A stretch of 57,576 nucleotides of DNA, filler included, from Basidioascus undulatus (GCA_000826855.1; 3 parts of 3 records of this genome joined end to end with filler, not necessarily neighbours in it), one strand, 5' to 3'; positions 25,030 through 38,457 are shown, counted from the whole stretch's first letter. A program made the numbers and translations. Notes: generated by a model from the sequence alone, not told the origin.

Positions 25030-27805
25030 TCAGCATGCGGGCTCTGCTTCGTCAGATTCCAGTAGTCCACGCACCCTCGGCGCCAAAATGATGTCGGCGT
25101 GCGGCATGACCTGGATGTGCGACTTGCCAACCTGCGAACTGGGCGTGCCTGGAAGCCACTCTTGCGGGAAGGCCGAGAGGTCAAGGTCGAAGGCGGTGAA
25201 CCGTTGGAGCAGGCGGGACAGAACGAAGAGCGCTTCGTTGAGCGCGAACTGCTGCCCAAGCTGTTGAATGCAAGGGTCAGTGTCGTGTCTCGTCATTGTT
25301 GAGAGAGCAAGAAAAAAGCAGTTACGCAGATTCGTGGACCGCTGTTGAATGGTTGGAACTGCATCGAATAAACCTTTCAGCGTCCGTCGAAGTAGGAGAT
25401 CATAAAATCCACGACGCACGATGAAGGGGTCCTTGACCTGGATGGACTTGCGCTCATCCATCCAACGCTCGGGATCCCAGCGGTCTGCGTCCGGTCCCCA
25501 AAGGTCTTTGTTCCTGTGGATGATAAACGGCGTGTACTGCACAGGCGTCCCGGCGGGGATGTACATTGGCTGGCCGCGCTTGCTCAGCGGCGACGGCAAC
25601 GTCGTCGCCTCGATGCTCGATCTCACGTTCATCGGAACTTTGTAAACGTGCCCACCCCCACCCGTCAGTATCCGCCGGAACGAGATCAACAAAACTGGCG
25701 CACCCGGCGGGTACATCCGCAGCGTCTCGTTCAGGATCGCCTTGCACAGCCGGAGACTCTTGATGCTGTCGAAGTCCGGCACGACCGATGCGTCGCCGAT
25801 GTGCTGCAGTACTTCGGCTCGGGCTCGGGCGTGAATGGCGGGGTTTTGGGAAAGCGAGTGCACAGTCCAGGTAAGAAGGGATGCAGTCTGGAGAGTGAAA
25901 CTTGAGCGTTCGATGGCCAGCCGATCGCAGTGGAGAAAAATAAAATATTGCAGACGCACGGTGTCACGGGCAGCAAGGAGGATGTTGAGGAGCTCGTCCC
26001 GCACGATCTTGGTGTCTGCGGCAAGAAATTAGTTAGTGCCCAGCCATTTCCCCCATACGAATATCCCTACCGTCCGTCTCCCGGTAAAGATGGTCGATGA
26101 GGCTCTCATCTTCCGCTTCCTCGGCGAGATCTGCTTTGTTCTCGCTGGCCAACTGCTCGCGAGCCTTCTTGCGGGCAAGCCCATCGCGGAGAATGGGGTC
26201 GACGAATTCGCTGATGACCTCTGGGACGTTGCAATATGAATGAGTGGGAAGTTTCAGCCATAAGCTTTCCAAGGTGTTACGTACTCATGGAAGGAGCGCT
26301 CTTGTCGCTGAACATCTCGAAAAGCGGCCAGGTGCCAGCTGGAAGAGCTTTGTGTTTTGCATAGTTGATGAAGAAGGAACAGGGAAAAAAGACACACCCG
26401 TCTTCATGCGGCCCGAGATGACCATCTGCACAAGCAGCTCTCAGCATAAAATCTTCACCCGAGTGCCAGAGTTAGTGACGAACCTGAACTTCAGCAAATG
26501 CGTCCGCAAACCCAAGACGACCGCCAGTTCCAGCGCCGCCACTACGCATGCTGTCGACGCTGCGTCCGAACAGGAATTCGGTGCTAAACACAAACCTTAG
26601 TTATTCGGTGTATTCAAGCTTATTTCACCAAAGAAGACGGACCCGGAATCGAGGGTGAAGCGAGAGAACAGGTCCTACAGAGGCGAAGATACGCTCAGCG
26701 AGATCCGATACGGGATTTACTTCAAGCCATGTGGCACTCACAAAGACGTCCACAGTCTGACGCTTGCGAGCTCCTTCTTGCATGATGCTGAGCAGCTCGT
26801 CCGAGTGACGTTCGAAACAACTAGGCTCGATGAGGTTAGGGAACTGTACCAAAGCGGAGAAGAAGACGCAGTGACCAACCGGAAGTTAGCGATGCGCTCC
26901 TTCTGGAAGAACGGCCGGGTCATGTTGCGGTGGAATTTCCACCTGTGGGAGTTTAAAGTTCAATCGATCCACAGTTTGATAAGTATTCGCATGTTCAGGC
27001 GCACCTCTCGCCATCCGAGTTGCTGAACAAGTCTTCATCAGCGCCTACTTCTTCTGCTCCGAACAAATGTCGCGTACAAAACACCAGTTCTGACCGACAA
27101 AGGAATAAGCAACTTCCTTTCACTGCGAATGGGTTGCACTCACCCAAGGAATGACTGGAAAGCGCGCTGGAAGTCCGGGCCTGGAAACCACATGCGTCAG
27201 AAAGGCGAACATCGACAGCGAGTGCGGAAGTGGGCTTGCCTTTCTCGAAACCACTGAAGTTCGTTGCGAGAATGGTCTTGACATTGATGTGATCCTGCGT
27301 CTGAATCTGTTGAGAGTGATATTCCTACGTTCAGCCAGTCGCACGAGGGCGTGGAGAGGAGATTTACGATGTCCCGACCGAGCAGCCTGGAAAGCATGAC
27401 ACAAGGGTCAGTGAGAGGTAAGTCAAAGATAGACGACCTATCCCACCTCATGTTGTATGTTGGGCCGTACTGGCTCGCCAGCTCTGCGAACAGGCGGCCT
27501 GGCCACTCAGTTCGCGCATACGTCGCCATCTTGTACAGCACGTCGAGATTGCCGGGCAGGCGACCCTTGACGACTGGTGGGAGTACCGCCCCGTGCTTCT
27601 TCGCCTCCCTCTCAAGCTTCCAGTCGTGGATCGCCATACGGATCCAGAATAGCCCCAGCGTGGCGGCGACGGACGCGAGGAGAAGCTGCGGCGTGCTCAG
27701 CGGATATTCGACGAGGTGAGGAACATGCTGATACGCCGCGACGACGAGGAGGGTCGGTAGGATAAAAGCCTTAAATATCGCTAGAGGAAGACTTGCGAAG
27801 CCCAT
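25030..27805 (-). CDS. cytochrome P450, CYP63/CYP52-clan-like
   Basis: N-terminal anchor, GRLPGNLDVL, WKFHRNMTRPFF, I-helix DELLNILLAARDT, K-helix NETLRMYPP, WDPERW and heme motif FQPFNSGPRICLGQQFA. Confidence 0.93.
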
Positions 27806-28019
27806 CTTGGCTGTAGACGTGCGATTTACGGAAGAGAGAAGGGGCGGAATCAGAGGCAAGACCTCCCGGGTGGTGCTCGTTTTGTACCTCACTAAGTGCG
27901 GCGCTAGTCGCCCACCGACCCGGGGTGAATGAACCGCGCGTTCTGCCATTGTGGCATTCCCTTGATGATCTCGGCGACGGTTACGTCGAAGAGCCCGGTG
28001 CCGAGACTGATTTGTGGCC

Positions 28020-28076
28020 CACGAGTGTCAAAAGCCCATGAAGCGTGAACGATCACGAGTGTCAAAAGCCCATGAA
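28020..28076. repeat. 23-bp direct repeat CACGAGTGTCAAAAGCCCATGAA x2 (11-nt spacer) upstream of the P450
   Basis: Copies at 28020-28042 and 28054-28076. Confidence 0.9.
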
Positions 28077-29166
28077 AGGTGAAACTGACATCACGAGGCC
28101 AAGTCACTCATCACGTCGGTGCTTTGGGCGTAAAGCATTCCGTGCGTTTGAGGACCCTCGACAACTTGGAGCGCAGTTTGTTTGTCCTCTACCGAATCCT
28201 CACCTTGAGGGTCAACATGCCCGAGGCCGACTGCGGGCCCCGGCTGCCGATCATGGGTCCGGAACATGCTGCTTCGAGCTCGGCTCCAGAAAGAAGCCTG
28301 AGACGCAAGATTTCTGCATCATGGTTCCGAAGAAGTGTTCTGCGTAACTGGGCCACGATTTTTACACCCATCATTAATATCGTGTTGGGAGACGATCTAC
28401 ACAGCGTGTGCCGAGGAGACCGACATTCACATGCAGTTCTTGTCTTCGAACCTGAGATAGTAAATACTTCAATGAGTAAAAAACACTGCTGACGTCATTT
28501 ATTTGATTTAATTATCCCATGGTTCGCTGATCAAGAGAGCCATGAAACAGCGGGTGACGGGGCGCAGTCTGCTCTTGGTAGTTGAAATTTGTCAGGAGTA
28601 CAGATATCCAGTCCCCAGGCTGATCAGAGAAGGTGAATAGGAGGCCTACTCGACAGCAAGAAGGCATTTAACTAAAAATAACTGGCTAAGGTGAACCCTC
28701 TGTACATGAGATCTGCTGCAAGCAGAGCTGGACGCTGCTGATAGGGCAGTTTCAAGGCGGCGAAACAGAGGATCGAGGTCGCCCGGCGAGCGTTTCGTCC
28801 CGTGGCAATCTACGGCTCATGTTTTCAGCTGCACTGACCTCTTCTGCCCCGAGCACCGTTCCCCATGGTGTCCCCGAACCCCGCCCTTGCGCCGCCGCTG
28901 TCGGTCTCCATTCGCCTCAATGCCCTGCACGCTTGGCGGCAGACATCCGGTGCGACTGGTGCTTTTCTGGGTGTTGTCGTGGGGACCTCGCTGGGGGTTA
29001 GGACCTTTCCCTATTCTAGCTCTGAGCCAAGACCCACACGGATTTCCAAAAGAAGCAGGCTTCTTCGAAATCGAGCCATCGACACGGGTGCGCTGCTCCC
29101 AGGCATCAACATTCAACCCGCACCGGTCTCTCCCTCCCGAGGAACAGGCCAAAAAAAATTTGAACG

Positions 29167-29240
29167 CTCTTCAGGTGAGACTTGAACTCACAACCTCCCG
29201 ATTAACAGTCGGACGCGCTAACCAATTGCGCCACCGAAGA
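29167..29240 (-). tRNA. tRNA-Asn (GTT)
   Basis: TCTTCGGTGGCGCAATTGGTTAGCGCGTCCGACTGTTAATCGGGAGGTTGTGAGTTCAAGTCTCACCTGAAGAG folds into a cloverleaf and is followed by an oligo-T Pol III terminator (about 29150-29158). Confidence 0.96.
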
Positions 29241-30459
29241 CTACAACAGTTTCGGAGAAGGAGAAAAACCCATACAACGCATTGTCTTCCAAAGGGGGAA
29301 CATAACTGCAAGGGAGGCATGGTAGTGCTCCGGTGGATCCTGCGAGACATCAGGTAGAAATTGTGCTCGAGTAAATTGATGATGGTTCCACATTGCCCTC
29401 TGGGGTCGCCGATCCACGAAAGGCAATAGCGTCATCCTCAGAGTGTCGTCCTGAGAGGGGGGTCCGGCTGTGGAACGCTGCAGGGTGACTGGACCTCGGC
29501 CCGGCGAAAGTCATCTTCATAAACATTCAGGTATCATACACCTGCTTCATTTCTGGGTTTCATATGCAGCTCTCGCATGCAGGGAAGGGACGATGAACGC
29601 CGTTCTCCCCTTCATGATAAGCTTCATGTTGCCCACGCTGCGTGGCGCGAAGATGCCGCTCCAGTTCCCAGAGGGGAGCATGGTCACTTGCAGGTCCGAG
29701 AAAAAACTTCAAGCAACCAGAGAGATGTATCTCTGCTGACTCATAAGTCACTGCATTGTCCTGCACCTTGGACCGGCGCTCTCACTTCGCAGCAGACTTT
29801 ATGAAACTCAGTCTTATCCGCCCCATTCCACTTGAAGTTTCCTGTAAATCTATCCCTGGATTTCAATAATGCCCATTCGTGTCAGCTTCAAGGTCTTTTC
29901 CGACGCATTATTGAAAGCAAGTCCTGTCTACACGAGTTAGTACGCGCGGCTCCAGCCCCCGGGGTAAAGAGAAGCATGCGCAAAACTTCGTGACAAGGAT
30001 GGGCAATATTTGGACTTTTCCAATCGTAGATCTGTATCCTCTCCAATTACTCGAGCGGCCACTGGTCTCGCCCAGAGCAGTGTGCGACTCAGCCCAGCAG
30101 GTTGGCACCACCCCACAAGGACGTGACCGGATTTGCGGTCGCGACTGGAGCTGTAAAGGCCACCCAGACTTCTCAGCAGTTCAAACGTGCACTAATGTTT
30201 AGATTTTATGTCGATACTTCAGGGCCCTAACAAAGCAGTTCCGCTATAAATAAGCAAACGCGGCAGACGGTCCTTTTCAACCGCATCAGCTTCGAGGCCG
30301 CACAGCACCTGGTCTCGCATTTAATGGATGTTTTCCAATTCCAAAACCGTATTCATATCACTTTCATGGTACCGTGCTTCAATACATGTTTTCACGAAAC
30401 CCCACAAGTGGCACTTGCATATGCCCTCAACGGCGGTGCGCGATGGGAAGGCCAGGCGC

Positions 30460-33405
30460 CTAAGTTTGCACGTTGTACTTGAAGTAAACTGTAGCAAGAG
30501 GAAGGCTAAAATAACCGTCGCAACATAGCCTGATGACTTTGAAAATGCTGTTTACCCGCTTTGTGTTCAAGCCACGAATCCACGATCTTGCTCCCGTTCT
30601 CGCGGCCGATGCCGGATTGCTGCATGACAACTGTTTAGACACGCAGTCCTCCGAATCTAATCGGGGACAGGCGTACCTTGTATCCACCGAAAGGCATGTC
30701 GGACTGCATGTAGAAACCCATCTGGTTTACGCCCACAGAGCCCGCCTCGAGCGCCTTGGCGACACGGATTGCTCGGTCGACGTCTTGTGTGAAGACGGAA
30801 GCGTAGAGACCCTGCTCGGTGTCGTTCGCAACACGAATACCTGTAAAAGGGATGTCAGAAAAGAAAAAATAAGCGGGAGACAAACCCTCACCGTCGGCTT
30901 CGTCCTTGAAGGTGTTGCAGATCGCGACCGGCCCGAAGATCTCCTCCCGGTGAATGCTCGCGTCTTCGGGGACGTCCTGTACCATCGGCCGTGAGCCTCC
31001 TATGAATATGTGAGAACTGATACAGGGTTTACGGTGAAAATCGTAGGCTCCACAAAGTAGCCTTTCTCGTCGAAAAATATTGCACCATATATTAGCATAA
31101 TGCGCAACGAGCTTGGTTTAGCGCTCGGTATTCTATTCCAGTCGCTCTGTTCACCTTTGCCATCGCCATAGCGTCCACCTCCGAGCTCGACCTTGGCACC
31201 CGACTCCTTTCCCTCCTTGAGGTAACCTATGCATCGGGCATTAACACGTCACCCGTTGGTCAAAGTCGTTCTAATGAAGCTTACGCAGGACGGTGTCGAA
31301 CTGGATCTTGTCTGTTCAGGACTGTCAGAGTGAGACTTCGCCTAAATTGCTGTGATTGCGAGGGGACAATGGACGTGCCTGCTTGCGGACCTTGCGTGAT
31401 AGACCTGTCCGCGACGTCGCCGATCTTTCCCGCGGTCATGGCAGCCTTGTACGCCCTCATGAACTCCTCGCGGATCGACTCCTGAACGTAGACACGGCTG
31501 TGCAGATAATGGTAAGCTCACTGCAGGCCTCACCCAACTGCAAGGACGCTTACCTAGTCGCAACGCAGATCTGATCGGAAAGACTTTGAGCTCGCATTGC
31601 GTAACATTGTGAAAATGAAAGTATACCTGACCGGAGTTGGCCAGGATTCCCGTCGCGCACGAGACTGCAATTACCTTCGCCACCTAAGGTCAACAATCTA
31701 CAGTTGCTCCGTTCTCAAGTAGTGAAAACTTGCTGGCAGCCTGCTTGATGTCCGCGTCCTCAAAGACGAGCATTGGGCTCTTGCCTAAAGTTCAAGCCGT
31801 TTGTAAGCTCTGTATACAATGTGACTAGTGAACCTGAGGTGATTTGCCGCCGAGCTCGAGCGAGACCGCCTTCAGATTGCTGGCGGCAGCCATCTGCTGG
31901 ATAAGGCGCCCAGTGCGGGCAGAGCCTTCATTGTGTAACGCGTCAGAATCGCAGGAACTCGCCCTGCAGTAAGCATGTGGAACACACCCGTAAAGGCGAT
32001 CTTGCGAATCTTCATGTGCTCAGCCAGTGCCTTGCCCGCTACCGGACCCAGACCGCCGAGGATGTTGATCACGCCCTGCCCTTCGGGTGATTAGCAGGAA
32101 GTGAAAGAGCAGAGTGGATGGCCGCTCACCGGAGGGAATCCGGCTTCGACAATGAGCTTAGCAATCTGCAAGGACTGCGGCCGCGCACTTCAGTGCGAGA
32201 ACGGAGCGCAGGACCATCAGATTGAAACTGACTGTCAAAGGCGCCTTCTCGCTTGTCTTGATACTGATCTTGGTTTCGTCTAAGTACTCTAGGATAATGA
32301 GATAGAAGAAAACATGCTTACACGACCGTATTTCCTGCTCCGCTCGCCGGACCGATCTGACAGTTTCGAAGTGAGTTGAGCTTCATTTACGGGAAATTCG
32401 AGATGCTGCAATCACCTTCCACGCGAGCTGCATGCACGATGTAATTAGTTAGCACAACCTCCGGCTAATCTTTGGAGATAGAGACGCACCATGATAATCT
32501 AAGCAGAGCGGCGGGGGAAAGAGGTGAGTGAATGCAGCAGCACTTTCGTTCAAGATATGCGCAACCGCTCCGCTTACAGGAACGTTCCAAGGAATAACTT
32601 TGAAATATGCGGGATAACTATTGTTATTGGTCAAAGATAAAAGTATTATAAATGACTCACTGCCTGCCACTACTCCGAAGGGCTGACGCAGGTCAAGAGC
32701 GAGAGTTCCCGGGCTGGCAGACAGCGGCCCAGTGAGTAGCATGTTCGATGGGTTCCAAGAAAAACGAGGGGCTTACGTGTTTAGAGATGACTCTCCGAGA
32801 GTTGTAAGAGTCAACGCTGCGATATGACGCCTACATCGACTTCTTGTCAGGACAGCCAAAGCGCCACGTAGCAGACGACGGCTCACAAGGAGTCTGCAGC
32901 CTGGCCGACGGTGTGTCTGGCCTGGAAAGCAGATTATCCGAGGTAATTCCTGAGCAAAAAATGTAACAGCTTACCGTGTTGAAAGGTGCGCCCATCTCTT
33001 TGCCCTGCAGTTCGGCGAGGAGGTCGCCATCACGCTCGATGAGCTCCGAAAGCTTGTAGAGGAGCGCCGCCCTCTCCGAGTGACGCCGCGAAGACCAGGA
33101 GGGGAACGCCGTATCGGCCTGGTAGATACAAAGGGTGATATTGAGCGAATGAAACGTTGCCAGAGAAAGAGGGAAGCGTACGGCATCCACCGCACGGTTC
33201 ACATCCTCGAGCTGAGCTGCGCTGACGTCCACGAGCGGCTCTTCCGTCGAAGGGTTGTGAAGGGGAAACGTGGCGCCTCCCTTGGCTGTTCACAAGAATG
33301 ATTTGGGTCAGCGTAAACCCAAACTGACGATGGAGGCGCCTGAATCTCACCCTCAACAAACTCGTTATTGATGAAGAGACGTGTTTCGATGTTGCTGCCG
33401 GGCAT
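30460..33405 (-). CDS. NAD(P)-dependent aldehyde dehydrogenase, highly intron-split
   Basis: MPGSNIETRLFINNEFV, RQPFGVVAG, IPWNVP, KTSEKAP, KIAFTGS, SLELGGKSP (catalytic Glu), NSGQIC (catalytic Cys), EEIFGPV, PFGGYKQSGIGRE. Confidence 0.95.
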
Positions 33406-34180
33406 GTTGTTGGGAGAAGATGGGTGGATTGTAGGGGTGGTTAATGGTCAAGATCACGAAGCGAACGTGAATTCAAGTTATATTCTTTCATCTTCCTCTC
33501 CCATATCCACCTGCACAGTCGGAAGGAGTCAGCAGACCAAGCCATGAAGATCTTGGTCACGCACGAAGGCTGCCAGCATGTGTCGCACAGCGAATCAGAC
33601 ATGAGAGCTGTGCTCGGGTAGAATGACCCATATCGAAATCGAGTGCTAACCCGTGCGGCGTTCCTGGGGTAGTTGATCCGCCTGAACACGCAGGTACAAA
33701 GGCACGCACAGGCCACGGGAACGCAGTGGTAGGTGGAGGTGGAGGGAGCGGGCTGCGTCTTCCTCTTGTTCCCAAAAGGCGTGTCGCTATACACTGTATA
33801 CGTAGGTACCGCAAGAATCCTAAAAATACAGCGAATGTGGACGGAATGTGGTCACTATGCGAACACCTCGGGCGAAGCGCTCCGTCTGTCCAGCCTAAGC
33901 CCACTGAAATTGGTGGGATGTCCACCGCCATGAATTCGGCCTCAGATGGCTGCCCGGGGACGCGTACTCCGCCGGGCGTCCTGCGACACGTGGACAGCGA
34001 CTAAACATTAGCCAGCAGCCGCTACAAGCAGGGGCGGACAATATGCGAGTGGTATAATAGCCAGAGGGAGTAGTATAACTACAACAAATACAGGCCTGCC
34101 AAACGAGTGTAGCGCGAGCAGAGGGCGAGACAAGAAGGAAAAGTCGGAAGAGACAGCAACCCGGTGGGAGAGGCTCAGAT

Positions 34181-37100
34181 TCAATGGCCGAACAGCCTGC
34201 AATGGTCGTTAGTCTGATCCTGGAGGTGAGGATGGGACGGAAGTGAAACGCACCTGAAGACCATGTACAGGAATGAGCCGAGGAAACGGAACGCTGCGAG
34301 GCCCGCGACGCTCCCTGCGAAACGCGTAGAACATGTATCAGCAAGGCAGCAGGTGGGAAAGCGCAAGCAGGCGTGACGCACAGAAGATGAAGATCATCTA
34401 CAGCCGAGGATGAGGGGAGAATGTTAGCATGCGCGCACTGAGAAGGATACGCTCGGGCCAAGGGACAGCGCTGGCGCGCAGCACTCACGTATCTGCAAGG
34501 GAAGCGAGCGGTCAGCAAAGCAGCTGCGTTTCAACAAAGCACAAGAGACACACGGGTTGGTAGCGGTGTTGGTGAACGTCGATGCAGCCCAGTCCAAGAA
34601 AGCGTTGCTGAGGAACCCGGCTGTCAGGCCCGCGCTGCTGTTCGAGATGCGATTGGTTACGCACGAAGTGAAGAAGATGATGATGAACATGTTCGTGCCG
34701 ACGAACGCGAGAACCTGCCGTCCCAAACTCCATAAGCAAAGCCGGCCACGAGCGTGCGAGAAAGGCCAATTGCAGCATACCGTGTTGGTACGGAACGTCC
34801 GGAAGTCATCCTCCTGCTTGGTGCTCGCGTCGCGCTTCTGGTCGAGCTCCGGTTCGGCGTGGGCGAGCGCCGAGCGCGCTTGCGTCCAAAGCTTGTCGAT
34901 GTCTTCCTTTGAGGAGGGCATGGAGACTTCGAGCATAGTCTTGCCGTCCTCTCCCTTGACCTTCTTCGCCTCTTCCTTGTGGCCGCTGTTGTCGCCCTTG
35001 GTACCCCCTGCGCAAGCGAAGGGTAAGCAATGGGGGATGGGACAGGAAGGGGAGGGTGAGACGTTGACGCACAGGAGACGTCGTGCAGGTTGCACATCTG
35101 TTTAGCGGGAGCCGGTCAGCTTCTGAGAGAAAGCCTTAGGTGTTCAGCACGGGCCACGCACGGAGTAGATGAGAAGGACGTTGATGAACGAGGGTAGCAT
35201 CTAATATCGCATCATCAGTACAGCGTTCTCACACTCTGCATAGCACGTTAGAGACGTACGAAAAGGTATTGAATCGTCGACGTGAACAAGTGCCAGATCT
35301 CGGCGTGCACGAGAGAGCCCAAGATGTACAGGCCGAACGTGGTCGCGAGCGAGATAACGATGTTGCGGAACTGGCAGAAACAACCGCACACGCCGCGGAG
35401 TCAGTCAGCGCTTCTGGTTGGGCGAGGCGGCTCATCGAGAGTCGGACGTACAGTCTCGTTCGAGAACAGCGCGTGGATGTTCTCCCAGCCGCTCGCGGTC
35501 TTCGGCAGCGCTTGGTAGATCGTCCAGCCAGCCTACCCACACATTCAACGCGTTAGCGCCGAAGACGGGGAGGACCCTTGATGAGGGCTGAAGCGAGACG
35601 TACGCAGAACAGAGCAAGTAGCTGAAGCAGGCCGAAGATGATGATGCAGCTGACGTACATGAACCGGGAACCTTGCGGCCTGTGATACGGTCAAACATAA
35701 GTCACTGTAAATGCTGAGCGGTGTAGTGCAGAACGCACCGGTTTCCAAGCGAACAGACCTGTATAACATTGAGCGGGCAGTTAGTATCCCCATTTCGCCC
35801 GGGTACGATACGGGGAGAAGCAACGAACGATGACCAGGAACAGCAACCCCAGGTAGACCTTCTGCGCGACCTCGACAATCGTGTCGCCCTGCCGAAGATA
35901 CAACAATTTCGAGATCAGCCTTACGTCCCTGGAGTGAAACAGCCCAACGCACGTAGCCCTGGAACGGGTCGGTCGCCTCGTTCTTGGTCGCTGCGTTGGT
36001 GAGGAAGAAAAACGCCAGCTGCAGTACGGTCCAATCTGTCAGCTTGGATGTATCGCGAGAACCCTAAAGCCGAAGACGCACGTAAAAGTTCTGTCACCCA
36101 CACAGGCGGAATCGTGAGCGTCCACTTCGAGATTCAATGCCAGCTGGGAGGGAGGTTGTGCTCACCGCCAAGCTCGTCCACGTGAACAACATCTGCACAG
36201 CCTGGTAGATGAACTACACCCGATTTCGTCCGTATCAGCACGACATTCTGGAGAAAGGCGACAATAGGTAATTTGGACGCGCACCTCAAGGAACAGGATG
36301 AACATCCGGATGATGTTCTGGCCCGAGGTAAAGATGCGGAAGAAGAAGAGCGTCGCGTGCAAGGAGGCGAAGAAGGAGCCGTTGAGCCAGCTGTGGGTTG
36401 GAAGAGCGAGGGTAAGGATGAGAAGACGGGGTGCAAGAGGTGGTTGCAGAGTGGGTGGGAACGCACCGACGGCGCTGCGAGATGAACTCGGCGGTGCTGT
36501 TGGGAACGTCCGTCGCAGCCTTCGCGCTCTTGACGTATCTGAGCGTCCACGCCTCGTTCTGCCACTCCCTCTTATCAGCCTCATTCCTCCTCCTCATCCC
36601 CACCCACCGCAGTACCTTACCTTCTTCGTGACGATCTCAAAGCACAGAATGCGGTCCTCAGCGAGGTACATGTTAGCGTCGAACACGCCCGCCTTGGCGC
36701 CGGGCGCATGGAGCGTCTCGCCCTTGAAGTAGCTGTGCAGCGGGCCCTTGCCGTTCGGCCCGTTCTGGAGCGCGCGGTACCGGTACGCGGAGAACGCGCC
36801 GGGCAGGACGGAGATGTACCCGAACACGCTCTCGAGCGGCTTGTCCAGGATGTTTGAGATCTTGTACTCGAAGTTCTGCGCTGCCACGAGCGGGTTGAGC
36901 AGGTTCTGGCACCCGCGACCGGTGTCGACGCAGATCCTGAGGTGGAATCAAAGCATTTGGAGATTAGCAAGCGAAGGATGGGAGAGTAGAAGGGAAAGAC
37001 GCACTCGCCACAGGCGCCACCGACGCCGGCGTGCTTGTCGAAGACCTGTCGCGTTGACGGCGTGAGCTAGACTGCGCCGATAGAGGCTGAACATCCAGAT

Positions 37101-38357
37101 GTACCTTCCACAGCTCGTAGATGCTCGTCCCGCTCGGCTTGGTGCCGACGTCGAGGAGGACGCAGACGTTGGGGTTGAGGAGCGGGCCGAAGGCGTTGAA
37201 GAACCAGCGGTGGGAGTTGAGCTGTTCCATCCGTGCACAGTGAAAGCGTGTCGGACGGAAGAGATGACGAAAAGAAGGGGAAACGCACCTTCTTCTTGTT
37301 CTGCTCCTTGAGGCAGAAGAGAACCTGGATGGGGACGTCGCCGCGGAGGACGGTGCCATCTTCCTGGACGATGGCCTGCGTCGTGTACTCGAAGATGTGG
37401 GCGGCGGTGCTGTCAACGCAGAAACCGAGTCAGCGAAGTGCCGGAAGGAGAGAAAGCGCCAGACGCACTCCTTCTCCGCGACCTTCTCCTTGAGGATGCC
37501 GTCCTGATCGCCCACCCCAGGTTAGCATAGAAGGAAAGAATGGAAAGGGAAAGGGAAACGCACCTGGTAGCACCCCATGAGCGTGAGGACCTTGAGCGTG
37601 CGCTGGTTGATCTTCTTGCGCCCGTCTGAGACGACGCAGACGACGACCTTCTTCCACGCCTCGTGGCCCCACGTCTTGGAGCGGTCGCGCCCGCAGAGGT
37701 GCGTGATGTTCTTGATCACGGCGTTCCTGTCGACGGCGGGTGAGTTTGGAAGGGAGTGGAAGGAGGAAGAGGACGCACATCGTCTTGCAGAACAGCTCCT
37801 CGTCCTCGTTGTACATCGTAAGGACGATGAAGAGCTCCGTCTGCCGGCGAAGGAGGTACGGGCGCAAGGTGAACTTTTGGCGCACGAAATCGTCGGGGTC
37901 GCAGGTGGCACTGCATCCACGCATTCGTCAACCGTAGCCCCACGCACACAGAAGGATTCGACTCACGCCGTGTACCGCATGTGCGTGCCCTCCTCGCCGA
38001 TGGACGTGTTAGCGATCGAGCTCGGGACCGGGCAGTCAAGGACAAGATTGCCCTCCTTGAGCTCGACGCGGCGGACGCTGCGGCGGCGCATCATCTTGTC
38101 CCTCGCGGCGCTGTACCCGCCCGAGCTGATGGGGGGGGGCGTGCCGTACGCGCCGCCCCAGCCGCCGGGCATGGGCATCGGCGGCTGCTGATACCCCACC
38201 GTAGGAGGATAGTCAACGCCCACCTCCTTCATCGCGGACATGTCGACGAGGTGGTGCGTCGACGAGGACGTCTGCGCGTCCCAGCTCTTCTGGCGGCCGT
38301 GGGTCGAGTACCCGTACGGGTTCATGCCGGGCGGGTCGGAGTAGGTCGCGTAGGCGT
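34181..38357 (-). CDS. chitin synthase (division 1, class I/II type); 5' end truncated by the contig break
   Basis: [74 protein letters not shown] and QRRRWLNG; ends ...LFGH-TGA. Confidence 0.96.
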
Positions 38358-38457
38358 NNNNNNNNNNNNNNNNNNNNNNNNNNNNNNNNNNNNNNNNNNN
38401 NTTAATTAATTAANNNNNNNNNNNNNNNNNNNNNNNNNNNNNNNNNNNNNNNNNNNN
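38358..38457. other. artificial contig-joining linker N44-TTAATTAATTAA-N44
   Basis: Same structure as 19131-19230. Confidence 0.97.

Noticed and set aside
29241..30200. Protein-like fragments beside tRNA-Asn as a tRNA-targeting retroelement
   Set aside because: No reverse transcriptase, integrase or gag motifs, LTRs or target-site duplication are visible.
15846..38357. GT2, P450, ALDH and chitin synthase as one cell-wall or biosynthetic gene cluster
   Set aside because: The GT2 lies on a different contig, and there is no backbone enzyme (PKS, NRPS, terpene cyclase) or regulator in the window.
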